NCBI GenBank assembly: GCA_031364845.1
Contig: JANLWX010000179.1
Coordinates: 1-15,320, forward strand
Direction of reading: 5' to 3'
Length of the DNA: 15,320 nt
Source: Candidatus Eiseniibacteriota bacterium
Lineage (GTDB): Bacteria; Eisenbacteria; RBG-16-71-46
In this document: in pieces, positions 1 to 7,351 of the stretch
Layout: the number at the start of each line of letters is the position of its first letter
Position numbering within the stretch: position 1 is the first letter of the stretch
Made by a program: the position numbers and the translations under genes
Notes under the pieces: model-generated
Seen by the model: the letters and a program-made list of their open reading frames with translations, nothing else
Told to the model about the DNA's origin: nothing
The model's database searches: none

Positions 1-106
1 GGGGGGGGGGGGGGCCCCCCCCCCCCCCATAACCCCCCCGGGGGCGCCCCCCCCCCCCCCCGCGGCCGGCGCGGCGGGGGGGGGGGCCCCGCGGGGGCCC
101 CCCCCC
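1..106. other. Low-complexity G/C homopolymer tract, probable sequencing/assembly artefact at contig end
   Basis: Consecutive runs of 10-17 G or C with almost no A/T. Switches abruptly to normal coding sequence at about 107, in the middle of a gene. Confidence 0.8.
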
Positions 107-436
107 CACGCCGCGCTTGATCATGCGCGCTCGCACCGGGCCGAATTCATGTGGCCGTGGGAATCCGTGCCCGCGAGCCTCGCCCACGGCATCCTCGACG
201 ACGAAACCTACGGCTGGCTTGCGGTGACGCGCGGCGTGATCGAGAGCGGCGGCTGGCCTGTGACCGTGGGCGAGGAACGTCTGCGCGAGGCCCATGCACT
301 GGCGCGCGCGACGACCACGATCCCCGTCGATCCGACCGGCGCCGCGGGTCTCGCGGGGCTGATGGAGCTACGCGCCCAGGATGCGCTGCCCGATGGCGAG
401 CGCGTCGCCGTGTTGTTCAGCGGCGTCGAGCGATAG
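107..436 (+). CDS. PLP-dependent enzyme, fold type II (threonine synthase-like), C-terminal fragment (5' partial)
   Basis: The frame of ORF 149..436 stays open upstream (HAALDHARSHRAEF-MWPWE). It contains S-L-A-x-G-I, V-x-V-x-E, DPTGAAGLAGL and a terminal VAVLFSG, all typical of the C-terminal part of TrpB/ThrC-fold enzymes. The catalytic Lys region lies outside readable sequence. Confidence 0.75.
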   Translation, partial: HAALDHARSHRAEFMWPWESVPASLAHGILDDETYGWLAVTRGVIESGGWPVTVGEERLREAHALARATTTIPVDPTGAAGLAGLMELRAQDALPDGERVAVLFSGVER

Positions 437-533
437 ACGGTGGAGATCCTTCCGCCGGATGCGGCCCCAGAAGAATTCCCGTGACCGGGCGCCGATCCTC
501 TTGAGAACCATGATGCTCCGCGGTGGACCTGGA

Positions 534-1001
534 TCAGTCGCGAAGTGCGAGCGTCATACACACGCTGTTCGGGTCTTCGCGGTAGTCGGCGAACGGCGCG
601 CACACCGTGAAGCCGAAGCGCGAGTAGAGCGCGCGCGCCGCGGCGAAGCCGGCCATCGATCCGGTTTCCAGACTCACGCGCCGATAGGACCGCTCGCGCG
701 CCTCATCGAGGATGTGGGTGAGGAGCTGCGCGGCGACTCCTTTGCCGCGATGCGCCCGCGCGGTGTGCATGGACTTGATCTCACCGTGATCGGGAGCGAG
801 TTCGCGCAGCGCGCCGCAGCCCACGAGCGCGCCGTCCGACCACACGCTCCAGAACGTGATGCCGGGGGATCGCAGGCGGTCGAGGTCGAGCGCGTGAATG
901 CTCTCGCGCGGTGAATGGGTGGCCGCGTGCTCGAGATGCCGCTGCAGCAACGCCGCGATTTCCGGACCCGTGAGATCGTCGCGGCGGATCTCGAACGCCA
1001 T
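534..1001 (-). CDS. GNAT family N-acetyltransferase (YedL/YsnE-like)
   Basis: 155 aa with SP.ES.HALD, GCGALREL, GEIKSMHT, acetyl-CoA motif RGKGVA, SLETGS, ALY..FGF and PFADY.EDPNS. Starts 1 nt after the racemase stop. Confidence 0.9.
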   Translation of the reverse strand: MAFEIRRDDLTGPEIAALLQRHLEHAATHSPRESIHALDLDRLRSPGITFWSVWSDGALVGCGALRELAPDHGEIKSMHTARAHRGKGVAAQLLTHILDEARERSYRRVSLETGSMAGFAAARALYSRFGFTVCAPFADYREDPNSVCMTLALRD

Positions 1002-1002
1002 G

Positions 1003-1704
1003 TCAGCAGGGCTCGTTCTCGCGCAACCGGCGGACGATCGCGGCGACGTGCAACGCCGTCGTGTCGAGTACGGGAATGCCGGCGATTCGCGACTCCGGGA
1101 GCAGGAGCGGCAGCTCGGTTCCGCCGAGAATCACGCCTTGCACTCCGGAGGCGTCGCGGATCCGACCGACGAGCGAGATGAATGCGTTGCGCGTGTCGTC
1201 ACGAAAGTCGCCCTTCAGCAGTTCGCCCACGTAACGCTCGTGGATCCAGGCGCGATCGGCGTCGCCGGGCGTGACCACCGTCACACCGTATCGCCCGCAA
1301 ACCTCGGGATAGAACGTGCCTTCCATCGTGAATCGAGTGCCGAGCAGCGAGAGCCGCGTCAGCCCGCGCTCACGTGCTTCGTGCGCGCACGTTTCGACGA
1401 TGCTCAGGAGCGGCACCGGCGAGCGTGACGCGAGATCGTCGAACACCATGTGCGCGGTGTTCGCGGTCAGCACCGCGAAGTCGACTCCCGCGCCCGCGAG
1501 CCGGCGGATCGACGCCATCAGATACTCCGTGAATCCCGAGCGATCGCTGCCCGCCAGCCGTAGCGCGGTCTGCGCGTCCACGCTGTCGATCACGATTGAA
1601 GGCGTGCTCGAGGGATCTTCTTGCTGCCAGCCCTCGAGCGTGCGGCGGTAGTAGTCGATCGTCGATTCCGGACCGAGCCCTCCGACCATTCCGACGGTCG
1701 TCAT
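1003..1704 (-). CDS. Aspartate/glutamate racemase family protein (RacX/YgeA-like) with both catalytic Cys positions substituted
   Basis: 233 aa with N-terminal GMVGGLGPESTIDYY, ANTAH, LLGTRFTM, VILGGTELPLL and DTT..H. A81 and G195 occupy the usual Cys positions. Confidence 0.88.
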   Translation of the reverse strand: MTTVGMVGGLGPESTIDYYRRTLEGWQQEDPSSTPSIVIDSVDAQTALRLAGSDRSGFTEYLMASIRRLAGAGVDFAVLTANTAHMVFDDLASRSPVPLLSIVETCAHEARERGLTRLSLLGTRFTMEGTFYPEVCGRYGVTVVTPGDADRAWIHERYVGELLKGDFRDDTRNAFISLVGRIRDASGVQGVILGGTELPLLLPESRIAGIPVLDTTALHVAAIVRRLRENEPC

Positions 1705-1770
1705 GGAGAGACTCTGGTTGGATGGGCCTCTGCGAACGCCGCCGACGGGGAGCGCATCAATGCAAGCCCC

Positions 1771-2607
1771 TCACGCGCGGTCGCGGAACATTTCGTTGAT
1801 CTCGCCGAACGTGGCCGCATCCGCGAGGGCGTCGAACGAACCCGTCTCCGCGATGCCGCGCGCGGCGCGCATGAAGCCGCCCCACGCGGCGCGCGCGAGT
1901 GCCGCACCCACCGAGATGCGCCGCACGCCCAGCTCGGCGAGCTTCGCCACCGAGAGTTCCGGGTGCGGGGCAGACATCAGGACATTGACGGGTTTCGGCG
2001 CGACGCCGCGCACGATCGCCGCGATGTCCGCGGGCTCACGCACGCCCGGAGCGTAGAGGCAATCCGCGCCCGCTCCGGCATAGGCGACGAGCCGCTTCAA
2101 CGCAAACGGGAGCGGATCCGGCTGACCGACGAGCCACGCCTCGCAGCGACCGGTCAGCATGACCGGAACACCTGATGCGTCGATCGCGGCACGCGCCGCG
2201 CGGATGCGCTCGATCGCGAGGCCCTCGCCGTAGAGCGGAGAGTCGGCGCGCCCGGTCGAGTCCTCGATCGAGAGCCCTGCGACCCCGGTCGCGATGCAGC
2301 GTGTGACGTTCGCGGCCACACCTTCGGGATCGTCGGCAAATCCGTTCTGGAAGTCGGCGTTCACGGGCAGCGGCGTCGCCGCCGAAATATCGGCGAGGTG
2401 AGCCAGCATCAGCGCCAGCGGAATCACGCCGGTGTCGTCGCGCAGCCCGCGGCTGAAAGCGAATCCCGCCGAAGTCGTGGCGAGCGCCTTGAAGCCCAGG
2501 TGCTCGAGATAGATCGCCGATCCCACGTCCCACGGATTCGGCAGCACGAAGCATCCCGTGGCATGCAGCGCGCGGAAGTTCGCGACCGCGTTCGATGGGG
2601 AGGCCAT
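1771..2607 (-). CDS. Isocitrate lyase/phosphoenolpyruvate mutase family protein
   Basis: 278 aa with LPNPWD.GSA, GFKALATTSAG, PVNADFQNGF, GLSIEDS, AY..AGADCLYAPG, PKPVNVL and LGVRRISVG. Start abuts the DinB stop. Confidence 0.9.
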   Translation of the reverse strand: MASPSNAVANFRALHATGCFVLPNPWDVGSAIYLEHLGFKALATTSAGFAFSRGLRDDTGVIPLALMLAHLADISAATPLPVNADFQNGFADDPEGVAANVTRCIATGVAGLSIEDSTGRADSPLYGEGLAIERIRAARAAIDASGVPVMLTGRCEAWLVGQPDPLPFALKRLVAYAGAGADCLYAPGVREPADIAAIVRGVAPKPVNVLMSAPHPELSVAKLAELGVRRISVGAALARAAWGGFMRAARGIAETGSFDALADAATFGEINEMFRDRA

Positions 2608-3189
2608 CTACGCCGCCCCGCTGCCGGCCATGGCGCGTTGCAGATGGCGCAGCAGATTGATCTGCCCGTGATGACCGGCTTCGTGCTCGAGCAGGTGATA
2701 CAGCACCCAGCCCTTGTTGAACACCCGTTGAGTTCCGTCCGGCCGCGGCGGGCGCACCACGTCGGCCATGAGATCCGCGTCCGACAACGTCCGCGCGATG
2801 GTACGGGTGTGCTCGCGCGCGCTCGCCAGGGCTGCGTCGAAGAACGCGAGGTCCTTGCCCGCGAGCGCCGGCGCCGGGGGCGCTCCGGAAACGAGCGGCA
2901 TGCCTTCGTCCGCCTCCGTGATTCCGATGACGTCGTGCGGATGTCCCGTGACTTCGCCGTTGAGTCCGACTTGCGCGAGATTCGCCTCGGCGAACGCGAT
3001 GTGCGCGAGCAGCATGCCGATCGTGTTCATGCCCGGGGCGGACTGCCACTCGAGATCCGCCGGCGTCAGGCCGCGCGTGTCCTCGGTGAGCCGGCGGCGC
3101 TGCTCGTCGAGCTGCCACACGAAGCGCGCGACCGCGGCCGAACGGTATCCCTCCGGCGTTGCGAGCCGGGTCGTGATCGTCGGGGTCAT
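2608..3189 (-). CDS. DinB/DUF664 family protein (His-triad four-helix bundle, thiol S-transferase-like), paralog B
   Basis: Start reassigned to the ATG at 3189, which forms an ATGA overlap with the upstream stop (193 aa). NTIGMLLAH..AE and W.LYHLLEHEAGHHGQI motifs. Confidence 0.85.
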   Translation of the reverse strand: MTPTITTRLATPEGYRSAAVARFVWQLDEQRRRLTEDTRGLTPADLEWQSAPGMNTIGMLLAHIAFAEANLAQVGLNGEVTGHPHDVIGITEADEGMPLVSGAPPAPALAGKDLAFFDAALASAREHTRTIARTLSDADLMADVVRPPRPDGTQRVFNKGWVLYHLLEHEAGHHGQINLLRHLQRAMAGSGAA

Positions 3190-3776
3190 GTCGGGGTTCC
3201 CGGAGCAACCGGCTCGGCGCCGGCCGGCGTCGAGCGATACAGATGACGCACGAAGTTGATCTGCCCGTAGTGGCCGGCCTCGTGCTCGAGAACGTGATAG
3301 AGAATCCAGCGCACGTTCACCGTCCACTCGCCGTCGCGGCGGGTCCACGGCACCGTGCGATCGAGATCATCCGCGGTCCAGCGCTTCGCCCATCCATACG
3401 TGAACGCGCGGGCGCGAGCGCGCAGATCGTCGAAGAACGCCAGATCCTTGCCGGCGAGCGTCGCCGGAGGCAGCGCGCCCTCGGGAAGTGGGATGCCATC
3501 GTCGTCCATGCCGACGCCGAGCAGCCCCTGGCAATCGCACGGGATTCCGGCGGCGATGGAGATCCAGTACAGCTCGACGATCGCGTTGTGCGCCATCAGC
3601 ATTCCGATCGTGTTCGTCCCCGGCCGCGGCTGCCACGCCAGTTCGGCCACGGTGGCGCCGCGGCTGTCTTCGGTCAGCCTGCGGCTCTGATCGTCCATTT
3701 GGGCGAGGAACAACCCGATCTCAGGCGAGGGAATTCCGGCGACGGGCACCAAGATGCGCTGGCGCGGTGCATGCAT
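3186..3776 (-). CDS. DinB/DUF664 family protein, paralog A
   Basis: 196 aa with NTIGMLMAH...E and WILYHVLEHEAGHYGQI motifs. AGGAG RBS at 3782-3786. Confidence 0.87.
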   Translation of the reverse strand: MHAPRQRILVPVAGIPSPEIGLFLAQMDDQSRRLTEDSRGATVAELAWQPRPGTNTIGMLMAHNAIVELYWISIAAGIPCDCQGLLGVGMDDDGIPLPEGALPPATLAGKDLAFFDDLRARARAFTYGWAKRWTADDLDRTVPWTRRDGEWTVNVRWILYHVLEHEAGHYGQINFVRHLYRSTPAGAEPVAPGTPT

Positions 3777-3787
3777 GAAGTCTCCTA

Positions 3788-3820
3788 GTTCCGGGACGGC
3801 GCTACGCGCCGCCCCGGAAC
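3788..3820 (-). terminator. Intergenic 15-bp stem-loop (terminator or mRNA processing/stabilising hairpin)
   Basis: Minus strand reads GUUCCGGG-G-CGGCGC-GUA-GCGCCG-U-CCCGGAAC. The only non-Watson-Crick pair is G.U on the minus strand. There is no U-tract, and the hairpin lies directly before the DinB RBS. Confidence 0.5.
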
Positions 3821-3825
3821 AGGGT

Positions 3826-5373
3826 TCAGGGGTTGGCGACCGCCTTCATCGTCATCGGGTCGCGCATCGGAATGCGTTTCGGTTCGCCGCCGGCCAGCGT
3901 GGTGATGCTGGCCGCATGCTTCTCGTCACCCGCCAGCATGTCCTTCGCGTTGCCGACCATCAGCACCGTCATCTTCGAAGGGTCCAGCAGCCGGCGCGCG
4001 ACGCGCTGCACGTCGGCCACCGTCACCGCGCGCACGCGATCGCGATACTGGGCGAAGTACTCGGGGTCCTTCTGATAGCGCCCGGTCAACTCCTCGTTGG
4101 CGAGCGTGGTCGCGATCGCACTCGCGTTTTCGAACGTGGTCGGGAAGCTCTCGATCATCTTGTTCTTCGTGAGATCGATCTCGGAGGCCGTCACCACCGA
4201 ATCCCGGATGCGCGCCACTTCCACCAGCGCGATCTGGGTCGCGAACGCGACCGAGCGGACCTTGGACTGGAACTGGATGCGCCATGCGTCCGGGTAGTAG
4301 ACGCCACCGTCGAATCCGGAGCGCACCGAATAGGCGAGGCCCTCGTCCGAGCGGATGCGGTTGACGAGCCGGGAGGAGAATCCACCCGCACCCAGGATGT
4401 CGTTCATCACGCGCGCCGCCTGATAGTCGGGATCGAAGCGGTCGATCGTGCGCAGGCCGATCGAGACACGGCCCTGATTCACATCCTTGTCGACGATGTA
4501 CCAGCCCGCCTGAGCTGCCGCTGTCGGCGAGGCGGGTGCTGCCGGACGCTCACCGTCGGTCGGCCACGCGCCGAACGCCTTCTCGAGCTGCTTCGTCATC
4601 GTCGCGCGATCGAAGTCGCCCGATACGGCGAGCACGAAGTTCTTCGGCCCGACGTAGCGTTTGTGGAACGCGGAGAGATCTTCCTTTGTGATGCCTTCGA
4701 CCGAGGCCGCCGTCGCCCAGCGATTGGTCCAGTGCGCGTCGCCGCGCGTGAGCCAGCTCCACTCGCGCTCTTCGATCGAAGCCGACTGATCGTTGCGCTC
4801 CTTCAGTGCCTGGAGCGTCTGCTCGCGGCGCAGTTTCAAGCGATCGGCTTCCCACGCCGGAGTCTTGAGACATTCGACCAACAGCCCGAGGCCGTCAACG
4901 ATGTCCTTCGACAACAGATTGATCGTCGCGCTGGCTTCGGTGGGCCCGAGGCCCGGAGGCGCGAACGGGTTGCCGCCGCCGCCACCGCCCACGCCCGACG
5001 ACAGCATCGCGCCGAGGAACGCCGCGCGGTCCTCGACCTGCTGCGCGGTCTGGGTCGCGGTGCCGCTGCGCGTCAGCAGATGCATCGCGGTGCCCGCAAG
5101 ACCTTCCTTGCCCGCAGGATCGAGATCGGGACCGATCCGCATCATCACGTTCACGGTCACGAGCGGCAGCGAGCGGTCGGGGACGAGATAGGCGATCACG
5201 CCGTTCTTGAGCTTGATCCGGTGTTCGGCCGCGCGGGGCGCGGTATAGCTGAGCGGGCGGTACGTCAGTCGATCCGGGTGCGCCACGATGCCGCTGTCGG
5301 CGGCATGGGCCACGACCGGGACGGCGAGTCCGGCGAACAGCGCCGCGGATGCGAGAATGATGCAGTTCTTCAT
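3826..5373 (-). CDS. M16B (pitrilysin family) peptidase, non-catalytic subunit, exported
   Basis: Start reassigned to the ATG at 5373 (GAGGAG RBS at 5381-5386; 515 aa). Signal peptide MKNCIIL...VVAHA. LKNG, and GKEGLAGTAMHLL without HxxEH. C-terminal ILGAGGFSSRL...IRSDEGLAYSV carries the R/Y pair. Confidence 0.88.
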   Translation of the reverse strand: MKNCIILASAALFAGLAVPVVAHAADSGIVAHPDRLTYRPLSYTAPRAAEHRIKLKNGVIAYLVPDRSLPLVTVNVMMRIGPDLDPAGKEGLAGTAMHLLTRSGTATQTAQQVEDRAAFLGAMLSSGVGGGGGGNPFAPPGLGPTEASATINLLSKDIVDGLGLLVECLKTPAWEADRLKLRREQTLQALKERNDQSASIEEREWSWLTRGDAHWTNRWATAASVEGITKEDLSAFHKRYVGPKNFVLAVSGDFDRATMTKQLEKAFGAWPTDGERPAAPASPTAAAQAGWYIVDKDVNQGRVSIGLRTIDRFDPDYQAARVMNDILGAGGFSSRLVNRIRSDEGLAYSVRSGFDGGVYYPDAWRIQFQSKVRSVAFATQIALVEVARIRDSVVTASEIDLTKNKMIESFPTTFENASAIATTLANEELTGRYQKDPEYFAQYRDRVRAVTVADVQRVARRLLDPSKMTVLMVGNAKDMLAGDEKHAASITTLAGGEPKRIPMRDPMTMKAVANP

Positions 5374-5384
5374 GACGCGGCTCC

Positions 5385-7214
5385 TCAGTTCTTGTCGGTG
5401 GAAGCAGAGCCCGCGGCAGGTCCGCCGGCTTTCAGTTCTTCGATGCGCTTCGTGATCTTGACCTTCATGTACTCGATCGCGGGCTTCGCCTCGGGCGGAA
5501 CCATCGATGCCATCTGGTCCATGCGGCTCAGCATCGCCTCGAGTTGCGCAGGATCCTTCGCCGCCATGATGCGCGGCAGCGCCTCCTGCACCATCTTGCG
5601 CGCTTCGGCCGGCAGTGCGGCGATTTCGGGGTCGACCTCGGTGCCGCCCTTGCGCGTCCAGATCGCGACCGCGCGGTTCTCCTTGGTGAAGTAATCGCGC
5701 ACGACGCGCTGAAGATCGGCGGCCGAGACCTGCTGGGTCTCTCGCTCGATACGATCGAGATCCTTCCACGTCGCGCGCCCTTCACTGACGGCGTAGCGGA
5801 ACATCACGAACTGATTCGATCCGACCTGGCGATAGGTGCTCGCGAGGTAGCGGTTCTTGGCACTCTGCAATTCTTCCGCGGTCACCGGCTCCTTCTGCAG
5901 CTTCTCGACCTCGGCGTGCAGCGCCTGCTCGAGGTCCTCCGGAGTCTTGCCTTCCTTGCACTCGGCCCGCAGCTCGAACATGCCTTCGAACTTGCGCGGG
6001 TCGTGCTGCGAGCCGGCGCTGGTCGCGATGCCCTGCTTGAGGACGAGGCTGCGATTGAGGCGGCCGCTCGGTCCGTCGAGCACCTCGCCCAGCACTTCGA
6101 GTGCGGGGATGTCGCGGTGCACGAACGCGGGCGTGTGCCAGCGGATCTCGACCGCGGGGCTGGTCTCCGCTTCGCCGTAGAAACGCTTCTCCGCGATCTG
6201 GCGCGTCTCGGTCGTGATCATCTCGGGCACCGGCTTCGTGCCCTTGGGAATGGATCCGAGATACTTCTCCGCCAGGACGAGCGCTTCCTTGGGATCGAAG
6301 TCGCCGACCAGGATCGCCGTGAGATTGGACGGCGCGTAGTAGAGGCCGAAGTACTCGTCGGCCTGCGCCTTGGTGATGTTGGCGATGTCGCTCGGCCAGC
6401 CGATCACCGGCCACGCGTAGGGGCTCGAGTCCCAGAACACCGCGTCGAACGACTGCTGGAACTTGCCGGTCGGCGTCGATTCGTAGCGCAGCCGGCGTTC
6501 CTCGTACACGACGTCGCGCTCGCTGTAGAACTCGCGGAACACCGGATTCTTGAGCCGGTCCGCCTCGAGCCAGAACCACAGTTCGAGCTTGTTCGCGGGA
6601 ACGTTCTCGAAATAGAACGTCTGGTCGTTGTTGGTGAACGCGTTGATGCCGGTGGCGCCGTTCTTCTGCAACAACTGGTTGAACTCGTTCTTGACCATGT
6701 TGTCGCGCTGCTGCTTGACCAGCGCGTCGAACTGGGCGTCGAGCTCCTTGTATCGTGCGCTCCGGTGCTCGGGCTTCGTCATGTCGTCGATCAGCCCGCG
6801 GCGCTGCGCCTCGCGCAACTTCGACATCTCCGCGCGCATCTCGTCCTGCAACTTCTCCTGCTGATCGAGCAGCGACTGATCCTTGGCGTAGTCGCGCGTG
6901 CCGATCACGTGCGTGCCCTTGAACATCATGTGTTCGAACAGATGCGAGATGCCGGTGATACCCGGCCGCTCGTTGACCGACCCGACCTTGGCGACCCAGC
7001 CCGCCGAAACGGTCGGTGTCAGATGACGGGGCGCGAACACCACCTTCATGCCATTCGACAGCACGTGTTCCTGCGCCTGCGGTCCGGCGCTGACGGCCGC
7101 CGCAGCTGACGGCGTAGGAGTCTTGGCGGCGATTGCGCCATGCGGAATCAGAACCAGGGCGAGTCCGGTAGCGAGCGCGATAGGGCCCACAGGTCGGGCG
7201 AGGGGAGGGGACAT
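5385..7214 (-). CDS. M16B zinc metallopeptidase, catalytic subunit, exported
   Basis: Start reassigned to the ATG at 7214 (AAGGAG RBS at 7221-7226; 609 aa). Signal peptide, LSNG, GS.NE..G.TGISHLFEHMMFKGT (HxxEH), NAFT..DQT and ERDVVYEERR (third Zn ligand), PY..PVIGW. Confidence 0.92.
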   Translation of the reverse strand: MSPPLARPVGPIALATGLALVLIPHGAIAAKTPTPSAAAAVSAGPQAQEHVLSNGMKVVFAPRHLTPTVSAGWVAKVGSVNERPGITGISHLFEHMMFKGTHVIGTRDYAKDQSLLDQQEKLQDEMRAEMSKLREAQRRGLIDDMTKPEHRSARYKELDAQFDALVKQQRDNMVKNEFNQLLQKNGATGINAFTNNDQTFYFENVPANKLELWFWLEADRLKNPVFREFYSERDVVYEERRLRYESTPTGKFQQSFDAVFWDSSPYAWPVIGWPSDIANITKAQADEYFGLYYAPSNLTAILVGDFDPKEALVLAEKYLGSIPKGTKPVPEMITTETRQIAEKRFYGEAETSPAVEIRWHTPAFVHRDIPALEVLGEVLDGPSGRLNRSLVLKQGIATSAGSQHDPRKFEGMFELRAECKEGKTPEDLEQALHAEVEKLQKEPVTAEELQSAKNRYLASTYRQVGSNQFVMFRYAVSEGRATWKDLDRIERETQQVSAADLQRVVRDYFTKENRAVAIWTRKGGTEVDPEIAALPAEARKMVQEALPRIMAAKDPAQLEAMLSRMDQMASMVPPEAKPAIEYMKVKITKRIEELKAGGPAAGSASTDKN

Positions 7215-7351
7215 GACAGTCTCCTTGGAGAGATTGCGGCGGGGGACAGGTAGACGGCGGTCAACCGCGGGAAACTTCGTCCGAATGGCCGCGTCCGTCA
7301 AGCGCTGAAACCCCCGCCCCGCAGGCCGTGCGCTGCGGTTCACGACCGGAG

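Noticed and set aside
1..106. Poly-G/poly-C tract as a G-quadruplex or contingency locus
   Set aside because: It sits at the sequence edge, replaces the middle of a gene and looks like low-quality read tail. An artefact is far more likely.
368..511. Short minus-strand ORF MVLKRIGARSREFFWGR.. faintly resembling a topoisomerase C4 zinc-finger (MV.R..FWGC)
   Set aside because: It has no cysteines, is under 50 aa and overlaps the PLP-enzyme gene on the opposite strand. Probably chance.
1771..2607. PEP mutase as a marker of a phosphonate biosynthetic cluster
   Set aside because: Lacks the EDK.....NS PepM signature, and there are no phosphonopyruvate decarboxylase or other phosphonate genes nearby.
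3754..7109. Long plus-strand ORFs 3754..5694 (646 aa) and 5544..7109 (521 aa)
   Set aside because: Antisense shadows of the M16 genes. They are Arg/Ala/His-rich with no motifs, as expected from high GC3 codon usage.
3826..7214. M16 pair as PqqF/G-like RiPP maturation proteases
   Set aside because: Both subunits carry signal peptides, and no precursor peptide, radical SAM or RRE gene is present in the window.
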